DNA of 64,000 nt from Lama glama (Eukaryota). Position 1 is the stretch's first letter; each line of letters begins with the position of its first letter. Location: NCBI GenBank assembly GCA_028534125.1, contig CM052818.1, positions 19,594,001-19,658,000 on the forward strand. Direction: 5' to 3'. The translations under genes were made by a program, and so were the position numbers. The notes beneath the pieces are model-generated. The model had not been told where the DNA came from, did no database searches, and was given only the letters and a program-made list of their open reading frames with translations. Below are positions 14,670 to 26,900 of this stretch, piece after piece.

Positions 14670-14885
14670 AGGAGTATAACTGAAAAATTGTGTTCTACAC
14701 TGGAAATTGACACAACATTGTAAACTGACTATAACTCAATAAAAAAAATGTTAAAAAAAGTAAATGGAGGGAGGGTATAGCTCAGCTGTAGACTGTGTGC
14801 TTAGCATGTACAAGGTCCCGGGTTCAATCCCCAGTACCTCTATAAATAAAATAAACCTAATTACCTCCCCCCCACCAAAAGCAAC
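14670..14885 (+). mobile_element. Extreme L1 3' tip (about 14670-14755) abutting a Vic-1 SINE (about 14766-14885)
   Basis: acacaacattgtaaactgactataactcaataaa is flanked by the repeat aaaagtaaatgga and followed by gagggtatagctcag...gggttcaatccccagtacctc. Confidence 0.8.
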
Positions 14886-15603
14886 CAGGATGGTGGCTGC
14901 CCCTGGACTGACATGCTTGGTCAGGGGTCAGTAGGCTGGCAGAAGTCACAGGGGGGCCATTGCAGGGCCTGGGCACTGGATAGGAGAGGGGCAGACTTCC
15001 CACTCTAAACCAAGGTGACTGATATTGATATAGAAAAGCAAACTTTCTGCACAACTCGGCCACTGACACCACCGCCCCTGGGCTGCTTCCTCACTAAGCA
15101 GACCCTAGGGACAGATGCAGGGCTTCACCGGGGGCAGCAGCTCCCACTAGACGTGGGGCTGCAGAGGGCCAGGAAAGGCCAAAGTCCCCCATCTCCCCAA
15201 GGCCCAGTTAGGGCCCTCTCTGAGATACCCTCAGGGGGCAGAATGACAGTGCCTAAAGGCACCTTCCCTCCTGGCCCACCACTATGCCCTGCAATAAGTA
15301 CCAAAAACCTCTCCTTTCTCAGGGCTCCTGCTCCTCCCCGTCTGTGCAATCGCATCTCAGAGCTAACTGTAATCTGCTCCCCAACATCCTCTGGAGGGCT
15401 CCTCTGTCACAGACAGGATACAAACCTGGGAGACAGTCACTGGACACCCATCCAAGCTCTGCTATTCACAGGCTGCACCATCATGGGCAAGCCTCAGTTT
15501 CTTCGTCCACAGAATAGGCATAACTACTCCCTCCCATTTTATAGAGATTAACTGGAGGTTAAAGCATCAGCCAACAAATATTTATTAAACAAGAATTCCA
15601 GGG

Positions 15604-15735
15604 CAGTGTTTCTCAAACTGTAAGGTGCATACACATCACCTGGGAATGCTGTTAAAAAGAAGCCTCTGACTCAGTAAGTCTGGTAAAGGGCCTGAGAGTC
15701 TAATTACTAACAAGCTCCTGGGTGGTGCACATGTG
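15604..15735. mobile_element. MER5A-like MITE
   Basis: cagtgtttctcaaact...atcacctgggaatgctgttaaaa...ctaacaagctcc. Confidence 0.7.
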
Positions 15736-17162
15736 ATAATCCTGTACCCCTATCTCCTCACTCGCCATCAGATGCTCAGGTTCCAGAGGGTAAGGGTCCA
15801 TGCCTCACATTTCTGAGGACACCATCGAAGTAAAGTACACCACAGGAGCTTGAAAAAATGGGGAAGAAAGGACTGAACAAGGGATTATGATAGGCAGAAG
15901 AAGAGCCCTTCACTCTGCCCAGGGTTAGCAGGTCACTTGGGAGCAGCGAGCCACAGGACAGGCCTATTTCTGAGTGGCAGACCCATCAAGCTGCTGCCAG
16001 GAGGAGCTGGCAGCAGGCCCTGGGGAAAGAAAGTTCTTCCTCCAAAGCCAGAGGCCCAGCCCACCTCCCAGCAGTGGTGGTGCCCCCACCAGACCCTAAA
16101 GTCCAGTCCGTCTACTCCCAGCAGGACCAGGTCCATGAGCCCAGGTGTGACGCTGGCGGGCAGTTTGCTCAGACAGGGAACTGAAGCGTTTTCCTTTTCC
16201 ATCTTAGTGAAAAATATGCCATTTTCATATTATTTCTGAACTTGACAGGGACAATAACTTTTCTCTCCTTAGAGAAGTTCGGGGGTCCATACCCACCATC
16301 CAATTTACACATATGTGCGTGTAATGTTTCTGCATTTCAGGCAAGAGAAACCCAAGACTACCTCAACTGCCTCCTCTCAGGCTCCCGGGATGGTGTCCGA
16401 AGCTCCCCCTGAGAAGCAGAAAGCACCCTCTGGTCTACTCCACGTCCCCCCGACTTCAGAGGAAGTCTAAGACCTTGTGAGTGATCCCTCAGAGGACACA
16501 CTGCCAAGTCCCTCTGCTCGGAAGGGGGAAGCCAGTGAGCTGAGTGTTCTTATGTCGGTTGAGGGTGAAGAGCCCCAGAGCCTGCTCCTGAGACTCCAGG
16601 CCTGGCCGCTCAGGCCCCCCCAGGACACACAGCCCCGCCCTCCTGCCTCCAGCCAAGTGTGCCTAAGAACCAAATTCCCTGTCCCACTGGAAGGTACCGA
16701 GTGGGACCATGGAGCAGAATCCAATGCAAGATGATATACAGGCTGAGGTGTACCAGCCTGGCCAGGCAGGGCGCTGGGGAGCAGACATGCAGGCTCCCGA
16801 GGGCCCAACATGAGAGGCTGCCTCGGGGCGGGGCACTCAGGGTTAAACACAAGCCAATTGATGGCCAAGTAAGTCACTTCACTTTGGCCAGCGGTGGTTT
16901 CCTCATCTGCAACATGAGACTCGGCCCAGATCATTTCCACAATTCCTTTCAGCCTAGAATTCTGAGCAGCACCATCATGCGGTGTTGATGAGCTCTGACT
17001 ACCTGGGTTCAAATCCTGGCTCTGTCCCTCCCAGTGACATCCTCACGAGTCTCTTCGCTTTCTCATCTGTACCTCATCTGTATTACAGGAATGAAAAGGA
17101 CACCTACTCAGGGGCATCACTGTGCGGACTGAACGAGGGCATACCTGGCAAGCAGTGAGGGC

Positions 17163-17662
17163 NNNNNNNNNNNNNNNNNNNNNNNNNNNNNNNNNNNNNN
17201 NNNNNNNNNNNNNNNNNNNNNNNNNNNNNNNNNNNNNNNNNNNNNNNNNNNNNNNNNNNNNNNNNNNNNNNNNNNNNNNNNNNNNNNNNNNNNNNNNNNN
17301 NNNNNNNNNNNNNNNNNNNNNNNNNNNNNNNNNNNNNNNNNNNNNNNNNNNNNNNNNNNNNNNNNNNNNNNNNNNNNNNNNNNNNNNNNNNNNNNNNNNN
17401 NNNNNNNNNNNNNNNNNNNNNNNNNNNNNNNNNNNNNNNNNNNNNNNNNNNNNNNNNNNNNNNNNNNNNNNNNNNNNNNNNNNNNNNNNNNNNNNNNNNN
17501 NNNNNNNNNNNNNNNNNNNNNNNNNNNNNNNNNNNNNNNNNNNNNNNNNNNNNNNNNNNNNNNNNNNNNNNNNNNNNNNNNNNNNNNNNNNNNNNNNNNN
17601 NNNNNNNNNNNNNNNNNNNNNNNNNNNNNNNNNNNNNNNNNNNNNNNNNNNNNNNNNNNNNN
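17163..17662. other. Assembly gap of 500 N, probably hiding TTC7A exon 3
   Basis: Run of exactly 500 N. Exon 2 ends in phase 0 while exon 4 starts in phase 1, and no exon-3 sequence was seen elsewhere. Confidence 0.9.
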
Positions 17663-20241
17663 TTGGGGAGATCAGAGGTTGAGATGCCTGTAACCCTAGG
17701 GGAAGCCTCCACCACTCCGCAGCATCAACCGCCCTCTCAGAAGCCAAGGAAGAGAAAGGAACACCTCAAAGCCAAATTCTCCTTACTCACTGGTCTTAAG
17801 TTTTGTAAATACATATCCTTTCTTTGCCTTTGCTTACACAAGCCCCCTATCTGGAATAGCCTCCCTTCCCCCTCAGTCTATCCAGATCCTCCACCATCCT
17901 TTGAGGCTTTGCTCAGGCCCACCTCCTCCTAGAACCCTCCCTGACTACCACGGAGCTCCCTTCTGTTGACCTCCTACAATGCCTCCACCAAGTGGTCCCA
18001 CTGAACCCCTGCGTGCCTGACCTGCTGATTAGTGATTGACTCTCAAAGGCTGAATTTTTCAAGGGCATATGCTAGTCTCCCCAAATAGGCCACCTATACC
18101 CTGGTCCAGGGCGACAGATGACACACTCCCAGAGGCACGTGGCTTATGGTCCCTCCAAGCTGGGCAACAACTCTGCCATCCCTGCTCCCCTGGCCTCAGG
18201 CCACAGGCACATTTCCTCCCCATTCTGGCCTGGTCTTCCCCATTGCTGAGGGCAAGAGAAAAACAGCCACCCCTCACCTCCATCATAGCAATGCCAAGAC
18301 CATTAATAGAGTGAAGTCCAGAAAAGAGCTTTGAACTTTTCTTTAGAAACGAGCTAGCTAAGTACAGGCCATGAGTAATTATTATGATTATCCTGCTCCA
18401 CTGTAACGGGGGAAAGGGCAGCTAAGCTCAGGACAGGTTTCAGGGAGAGATGACAGGATGTAGCTTGCTGTGGTTTCCGGTGGACCAATGACAGTTTACA
18501 GCAGAGCTTCCATCAAGCTAGGGAAAAATTAAGGACAACGTGATGAATGTTTCATAAAGCTATATTTATAATATTTAAAAAGGTGGCCTTGATTCTTAAG
18601 CATAGCTGTCTTGTGTTTTGGTGTTAAGATTTTTTTTTTAAATGGAGTGTTGTTAGTAGAAAATGGTATGATTTTGCTGTTGTTTTTGTTTGTTTGTTTG
18701 TTTTAATGTCCTTACTTGGCAGAATGGAAAGTTGGGGACACTCGGCGGGATCCATGCATTTGAATTTGAACCTGGTCTATCAATCCAACAGTCAGGGAAC
18801 CACAGAGCCCTGGCCTATGGAAGGATGCTGTGCAGGAAGTCACCCAGTCCAGGAAGAATAGTGCCTCTGCTGTGCAGATCTGGTGTGTCACCTAGTCTTT
18901 TTGTGTCTCACTGTCTCTGTCGATAAAGAGGGAAGAATGACCTCACGGGATATCCAGGTAAGAGGAGGAAGAGATAAGGAAATACTTCACGAATGCATAA
19001 TGAAACCTGTAAAATGAGGAAAGTCGGCAACATCACCAACATTAATCCAAGTTTCTCAGTCATTATTTTATTCCCACTCCAGTACTAGGAAGACAGCACT
19101 GGGCAGTGGCAAAGAGCATGAAAACCTGCATGTGGAGACAAACAGGCCAGTGTTCCAGTCCTGCACTGTGGTCCTTGGCTAAGTGACTAACCTCTCCTGG
19201 GTCTCAGTTTCTTCATCTGGAAAATGGAGATAATAATAAACACCACTGCAGAAGGTACCAGTGAGACGATGCAAGGCCTGGCACTCACCGGATAACAGAA
19301 GTTACGACAAAAGGCTCGTTTTCACCCATCACCAAAGGACTGAGCTGTATAGGATCTCAGAGATGACAGAGTAGAAGGTTCCGAACTACACCGAGGAGAT
19401 GCCTCAGGACCCACCTCTCCTCCTCATCCCATCAGATCGTGGGAACTGAGACTTCATCTGCTGCCAGGAAACATCACCCCCCTAGCCACACCCTGGTGTT
19501 TGGGGAAAGATAAAAGAATCCTACCAACTACTTTTAATATTTTATTTTGCCTGATCGACATTGAGTTTTTGGACTTGGCCCAGCTGACAGTGAACTTCTT
19601 AATGTTATCGGCGCCTATATGTTTCTTTCATCAATAAAGCATTGTAAAATTTGTACTTAATAAATGTGATATAGTAGACAAAACAGCTTTCACAATAATA
19701 CATGGGGATACTATTCAGTCAATACAAAGAGTGAGGTACTGGCATGGAGAAAGCACCAAGGGAAAGTTCTCAGTGCAGAAGAACAAATTAACAAATAGGA
19801 ATTCTGACTTTAATGAGAAAAGAAAGCTCTCTACGTGTGTGTTTGTTACCCCAGAGGCGTGTGGTACACACACCAAATGGTGACCAGTGCTTAACTCTAG
19901 AGATGGGAGTGGGCGTGAAGGCGGGGGTGGAAACAAGGACTCTCACTTATTATTCAAACTACTTGTTTATTTAGTAAATTTTTTTTACAATAAGCCTGTG
20001 TCATTTATTTAGAAAAGAATTTTTAAATATTTAATGGAGTCTACTGAAGAAAAAATTATAATGGGTGTTGGTGGGAAAAGCTTGGGACTCACTAATCAAG
20101 TTCAACCGTTCTGGTTAGCAGATGAGGACCCAGAGGGCCCAGGAGATCAGGGAAAGGCTCAGGGTCACAGAGGTATTTTAATCCAACACAAAACCTCCCA
20201 GACCAATAATCCCTGCCAAGGAATCTAAAGGCAGTAAACTT

Positions 20242-20395
20242 TTTTTAAAAATTTTTTTTATTATTATTTTTTTCTAGGGGGAAGGTAATTAGGTTTATTT
20301 ATTTTTTATTTTTTTTTGAGAGGGTACTGGGGATTGAATCCAGGACCTCATGCATGCTAAGCATGCACTCTACCACTTGAGCTATACCCTCCTCC
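20242..20395 (-). mobile_element. Vic-1-type SINE
   Basis: Full reverse head and T-rich tail, with a degenerate TSD aaggca(g/a)taa(a/t)ctt. Confidence 0.9.
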
Positions 20396-21024
20396 AAGGC
20401 AATAATCTTAAACTTCCAGTATATTCTCTCTACACTGCTTACAGAAAATGCCCCCCACTTCTTAGCCTGGTGTTCCAGTTCCACTCTCTGGCCCCCATGT
20501 CCCTTTAATAACCTAATTATATACCATCCCTTATGCTCTTGCTAATTGATGTACTTTAAGGAAATTCTTACAAGAAGAACTCTTGGATTAAGCACTACTT
20601 CCGTAGGACGCCCTGTCCTATCTCTGTACGTCCGTATCCCTGCCCGCTTCAAGGTCCAGCCCATAAAAGGGTCCAATTCTAGCACTACCTTCACCCTGAG
20701 TTGACTCTCCACTTCACCCCAGGGAGTGTCCCCCTGGGGCTTGCCTCCTACATACACCACTTCTGTGGTATGTGTCACAGTCCACCTTGGACAATTTGCC
20801 AATATGGCTATCTTCCTAGTATCCCTGAAACCTCCCTGAGGGCAGGGTCCATGCTGAACTCATCTTTATTGCTAGCAAAGTACATAACACAATGTCTTGC
20901 AGATAGCAGTTTGCAATAAAATATTTAAACTAGTAAATACATACTTTGGAACATCTCTTGAAAAATCATGTCCTCTTTGGGTCTCTAACGACATACTCAT
21001 GCTTCTATTATAGCTCAGGATACA

Positions 21025-21175
21025 CTGTAGTTCAGAACAAACTTTAACGTGCACTAGAATCACTGGAAGAGCTTGTTAAAATGCAGATTCTGAATCAGAT
21101 TTTACATTCCTAATCAGCTCCCAGATGATGCCCGTACTGTGGGTGGGTGGACCACACTGTGAGCAGTAAAGGTCT
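21025..21175. mobile_element. MER5A-like MITE
   Basis: tagaatcactggaagagcttgttaaaatgcagattctga...cccagatgatgc...ggaccacactgtgag. Confidence 0.75.
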
Positions 21176-21407
21176 AAAGAAAGCTGTAGCTATACTTGCC
21201 TCTAGATCTCCCTTCAGTGCCTTGCATATAGTAGGTGCTCAATAAGTGCACACAGACTCAGACTGGCTTGCCATGTTATGGAGCACTTGCGCTGCTAGCC
21301 CACTCCGTAGGTTTGCCTGGTTCTAGCTAGATCATAGACTCACTGAGGTTTTATTTCCCTGAGACCCTCCAAGAGGCCAAAGGACCAAGTGCAAACTGGG
21401 TCAACCA

Positions 21408-21930
21408 AGTCCTATGTAACAGAAATGTAACTTAGACGAGAGTGGCATTGCAAATAGCAGCAAATCTCTGCAACCAATTTTTTTTATAAGCGACAGCCAG
21501 ACTGAGCTGCCACTGTCAAGACGGCTGTTCAGGCCCTGCCCTATGTACCTTGGGACCCTTTTGCAGACCGTGCCCCCTGGGCTGAGAAGGAATCACTTTG
21601 AGAAGAAAGGAAAAAAAAAAAGAAAGAAAAAGAAATGTAACTTAAGCCACAAGTGCAAGCCACAAATATAATTTTAATTTTTCTAGTAAAAATTTTTAGT
21701 CCATTAAAAACAGTAAAAATAGGTGAAATTAATTTTAATAATATATTTCATTTAATATATCCAAAATATTATCATTTGGATATGTAATCTATATAAAGAA
21801 TGAACGATCTTTTACATGCTTCATTTTCTGCTAAGTCTTTGGAACCCAGTGTGTGTTTTATACTCACAAGCCACATTTCAAGTGCTCAAGAGACACATGA
21901 GGCTAGTGGTTGCAGTACTGAACATCTCAG
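21408..21930 (+). mobile_element. MER33 (hAT-Charlie MITE) interrupted near its 5' end by a retro-insert
   Basis: aggtgaaattaattttaataatatattt...atccaaaatattatcattt...agccacatttcaagtgctcaa matches the recalled MER33 consensus. Confidence 0.85.
21435..21630 (+). pseudogene. Short retroposed RNA fragment of unknown parent
   Basis: About 175 bp of unique-looking sequence plus an A-rich tail, flanked by a perfect 14-bp TSD AGAAATGTAACTTA (21421-21434 and 21631-21644). Confidence 0.75.
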
Positions 21931-22049
21931 AGCCAACCCTTAAGAGACACACTGCTCAGGAGACCAAACGACCCAGGGAGGATTTAATGGCAGACAGGAG
22001 GCAGGAGAGAGAGGAGAGAAGGCCCCAGGCTAGGGGAGTGGGGACTTAC

Positions 22050-22213
22050 CGGCAGCGTCCCGTGGTTAAGGATACTGCTCAGGTAGTTTCTGGCTTCATT
22101 CATCTTCGGCTCATTCTTATCCAGCAAAGGGATGGAGTCTTTTGTCTTGGCGTGGTTCTCCTTCAAACACTGCTCCAGGAGGGCCTCGGCCAGGAGCAAC
22201 TTCCCAAAGTCAT
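22050..22213 (-). CDS. TTC7A: TTC7A coding exon 2, 164 bp
   Basis: Acceptor ttccag|ATGAC and donor CCG|GTAAGT. Joins exon 1 in frame: [55 protein letters not shown]. Confidence 0.97.
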
Positions 22214-22410
22214 CTGGAAACCAGGCCAGGGATCAGTGTGGGTACAGGAGGGCAGAAGCCCCCCAAACATGGCAGATGTGGAGACTGGTCCACACTCCCG
22301 TACCCACCCAGCTATCCCCACCCCAGCACCTGAATGGCCCAGGTCCAAGAAGATAAATAAAGACATAGTTTCCATACCCTTAAACAGCCTTTAAAGAAAA
22401 AACACATTCT

Positions 22411-22670
22411 GGGGGAGGGGGGATGGAGGGGAGGGGTAGATTAGAAATTTGGGAATAACAAATACACATTACCATATATGAAACAGATGGACAACAAGGA
22501 CCTACTGTATAGCACAAGGCAATATACTCAATTTCTTATAATGAGCTGTAATAGGAAAGAATCTTAAAAAAAAAAGTATGTATGTATATGTATAACTGAA
22601 TCGCTTTGCTATACTCCTGAAACTAACATTTTAAATTGACTACACTTCAATAAAAAATAAATAAATAAAC
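22411..22670 (+). mobile_element. Younger L1 3' end (artiodactyl-type)
   Basis: acaacaaggacctactgtatagcaca...ctgaaactaacattttaaattgactacacttcaataaaa. Confidence 0.85.
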
Positions 22671-23845
22671 CCCTCCTCCCCCCAAAAAACACAGACATTC
22701 TGCCATGGTCACAGCACAAACTACCCCCTTAGGTTTATCTTCTGTAATTTGGTGGTTGGGGAGGTAGAGTTCCCAGGACTTAGAACAAACTCCCAGAATC
22801 TTGAAATTTAAAATGAGAGACAAAGTCACACCCGTGCCCCACTGTGGGTGATAAGTTCTTACTCCAAGAAGGAATTTCCCACAAACAATTGAAGAGGAAA
22901 AATATACGAAGTGGCTTAATAATGCATTTTCACATGCTCCTAATTTCTGTGTAATCAGAATTGATTTTCTGTTTTTAAGGCAGAGACAAGGTGGGAAGCA
23001 GATTTACTGGTGTAGCAAGGCAAATCCCTGAACATCTTCAGTACTGGCACTTTCTGGACTTCTCTCATGTTAGCTCATTCAAAGACCTCACCACCCATCT
23101 GGTGATTTGCTTGGTTTAATTTGCTGCCTCCCCCACAGCACTGAAAACTGGTCTTGGGGCCACCATATTCCTGCTACCTATAGCAGGGACGACCCGGGTC
23201 AGGTTCAGGGTGCAAGGTCGAGGGTGGTTTTATGACAGCCTCAAGTGGCTGTGCTCGGTATGACTGGCTCATTGCCCACTCCCCACAAAAAGAGCAAGGA
23301 CCAGGCCCAGCACTTAATATAGGAGCCTGACAAGTAGCTGCTGAGTGAGTCGGATCCCTTCCACTCCCCCATGGGGAAGCCATGCGGCTCAGGAAGTTGT
23401 GTGCCAACCCAAAATGCCTCCAGGAGTGTGCACTGGGTCCTGAGTCCTCTAGGGCTCTTCCTGCTGCCAGGATGGCATTCTCAGACCTACCTGAATGTCA
23501 CTCACTCCTACTCTCAGGACTACTGCAGTCTGCTCACAAAGCAAAGCCGCAGGTCTAAAATTGCATGCCCCCGAAGAAGGGGCTCTCTCCTTCCGTAAGG
23601 TAGATTCCCCACAGAGAGCATCCCAGAAGCCCAGGTCCCAGAAACAGTCACAGGAGATGTTCCCACTGAGGATGCCACAGCGGGTTCATGGATCCTTTGC
23701 TATCTACCTCATGATTTTTAAAATTAAATTGGAGGATATGGCCAAAAATGATGGATCAAAGTATCATCCATCACTGCTGGGGTAGAAGGTGGTAGAATCC
23801 CTATAAATTATAGGGCAATCTGGTGACATACATCAAAATTATTTG

Positions 23846-23990
23846 AAGAGGAAGGCATAGCTCAGGGGTAGAGTGCAGCCTAGCATGCATGAGGTCCTGG
23901 GTTCAATCCCCAGTGCTCCATTAAATAAATAAATAAGTAAACAAACAAACAAACATTATTACCTCCCCCCCAAAAACCAAAAACGAATAA
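23846..23990 (+). mobile_element. Vic-1-type SINE inserted in an old L1 fragment (about 23770-24450)
   Basis: atagctcaggggtagagtg...ctgggttcaatccccagt, flanked by aaaattattt repeats. Confidence 0.85.
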
Positions 23991-26900
23991 AATTATTTTT
24001 GCACATCCCCAATGACTCAACAATCTCATTCCTACAGATTTCCTCGAGCCTGTATAAAATGACTGACCTATATGGTCATTCCCGCAGAGTTGGTTACATA
24101 ATAGCAGAAAACTAGGTGACAACTTTTACGTCCATCAACAGGAGGCTGATTAAATAAAGCATGGTATATCCATTAAAAGGGATACTGTGTCACTATATAA
24201 AGGAAAGAGGAAGTTCTGTATGAGCTGTCATGGAATGAACTTCAAGATATACTGATTAGAAAGCAGAGCACACACAGTGAACCACTGTGTGTTTATGCAT
24301 AAAAACATACACAGACATCTGCTAAACTTGCTGCCTTACAGGGAAGGGGGCAGAGACAGAGGGAGGCTTTTCACTCCTTACTTTTGAGTACCTTTGGAAG
24401 GCTGACCCATGTGAATATATGACCTAGTCAAAAATAAAATTTAAATCAACCCAAGAATAAAAGGCAATCTTCTCCCATGTTTCTAAATTTCACTCAGGAG
24501 GAGTGCGCTGCTTAGAAGTGAGTGTCCGAGCATCACTGAGCTGTGGGCCAGTGGGCAAGTTGCTGTCCTCCTCTAACCTGTTTTGCATGCATAAAACCTG
24601 AGGTAGAATTAGAAATCTGCTCCTGCTGAGGGAACCACGGCCCTCCCCAGGCTCCGCCTCTCAGGCTGGTCCCGTCCCTCTGCCGCCAGGTGCACTTTCG
24701 CACGACTCCCGCCCCACAAGCCGAGCCATCAGGCCACCAGGCCCCGCCTCTGCAACATAACCACCCAGCCCACAGCTCTGTACAGCTTTCCTTTCATGCC
24801 AAGAGAAACCAGCTTCCTTCTTGGCAAAATTCAATCTTCAAATACTCCCCAGGTCCCATACCTTTCCTCAAAATAATGGGAGTGTCTTCTGAACATGTGC
24901 TGCTCAAAGTGTGGTCCATGGTCTAGGGAGAATCTGTGCCTGTTTGTGACCCAGTCCCTTAGGATGAGGGCAGAAATTAAGAGCACGTGTTCAGAAACAT
25001 TGGTAACCACGTGACAAAATAATTGTGAATCTGCTGAATCAAATACTAAAAAAAAATGGGGGGGAATCACTTTGTGTATTTTAAGAAAGTATTAGAGCAC
25101 ACAGAGTAGGAATTTAAAAAACAGAACATTTCACTACAGATTTTCTGAGAAGCACTGCTCTAAACCACAAGAGTTCCTTTTACTGTGAAAGGCGGACTGA
25201 TTTGTTGGGACCCCACCGAGTACTAGGTATTTCAATGAATAGTATCATTTAATCTGCACGGCTCTAAAAGTTAGAAGTTATTCCCATTTTATAGATGATA
25301 ATAAAGATGCAATATTGTTATGGTCACAGCCCACAAAAACATAACACAACCAAAGAACAGTCTGTCTCCCTTACATCCCATGAAGAACAGAGCTTCTGAT
25401 AGTTTGGAAATAAAGAACAGTCCAAGAGCTGTAAACGGTAGGTTAAAAGCTAATCATAATTTCAAGGGCAGGAATAAGCATAGTTCTGACTGTCACACAC
25501 CTGTGAGTTTCAGACTACTTTGCAAACTGGCACTGCGGGTCTGTCTCCAGAGCCTTTCTGCCCTCCCACTTCACTCCCCACTCAGTCTCTTTGGGTTTTT
25601 GTTTACCACACACTCCAGGAGATGTTGGGAATTTACTTTTCTTCCTTGAGCAACTCTTCTCCCTGCTCTACATTTTCCATCCCACTATTCTCAACTGGTC
25701 AGTCTATGGAACTGACAGGTATTTTGGAATTAAAAGTTCTAGATTGTCAGCTGTTCATTAAGAACCCAGGTGGATCTCAGCTTCTCCATCCTTCTCCAAA
25801 AGTAAAACAGATTGCTTTTAATCATCTTATTGTCCAAAACCTACTCCCTATCTTGGGTTGGGTCAAATGCTCCAGCCTCCCCCTTCCTGGGACATCAGGA
25901 AGGCCGTCCTCACTGACAAGGAAGTCTCTGGGAGCCTGGGTCCTGCCTGCAGCCCAGCCTAGCCCTATACCTTTAATAGAGGCCCAAAGGAGGCCCCCAC
26001 TTAGTGGCCTCCCTAGTCTGCCCACCTTGTCCTGGAGGCCTCTGGCGGCTGGTTTCCTCTCTACTCCCACCTCTCTCCAGGCCTCTCTTAGGTACCAGGG
26101 CACAGGGACCCACTTCAATGATACCGGCCTCCTCCCCAGATCCTGTATTTCCAGGCTAGTGATCCCCTCTCTTCCACCTGCCAATTCAGTCAGGAAAGCT
26201 GGATCCAGCCAGCGGGCCAGGTACTAAGACCAGGCCCTTCCCTACTGGGTCAAGTAGGGACACAGTGGTCTCTGCAGTTGTTCACTTCACAAGACTGCAA
26301 AGGGCTGGGGACCTTCCAACCACAGGGAGAGGAGGAGGAGGGCAAAACTGGTGAGAGGCCACCTGCCTTAAACACACTCTCTCTAACGTCAACTGAAAAA
26401 AAAAATTTCAGAACAATCTCCAGTTTTTTAATAAAGTCACTAATTAAAAGATTAGAGGGTGACTAGAGATTAGGAGAGACTCGAGATGGCTGGAGAGACG
26501 GGCAAACGTGATAAAGCAAGTATAGTAAAAGATTAGAATCCAGGTGGTGGGAATGTATTTTCATAATAAAAAGTTGGGGATAAAAGAGAGATTCAACCTA
26601 TTAACCAAATGTAATGTACGGCCTTATGTGGATCCTGATTCTAGCAAATGAACTGTAAAATTAAATCATTAGATTGGGGCAGGGAGCTATAATAATAATA
26701 TGGTAGCTTTATTTTTCAAAAGAGTTCTTATTTAATAAGTGCATACTGAAACATAACAATGTGGGGGAGAGATGGGCCAGGGTGTTAACTCAAAAAGTTG
26801 TTCATGAGTTCATAACCACTGACGTTGGTTGATGGACACACGGGATTCATTCTTCTCTCTACTTTTTTGATGTTTTGGAATTTTTCCATCATAAAGATTT

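Noticed and set aside
17043..17747. ORFs of 186-234 aa
   Set aside because: Artefacts of reading through the N gap.
21816..22394. 192-aa plus-strand ORF
   Set aside because: Starts in MER33 and is the antisense shadow of TTC7A exon 2.
25520..26227. 235-aa intronic ORF
   Set aside because: Non-ATG start, Ser/Leu/Pro-rich, with no recognisable domain or splice context.
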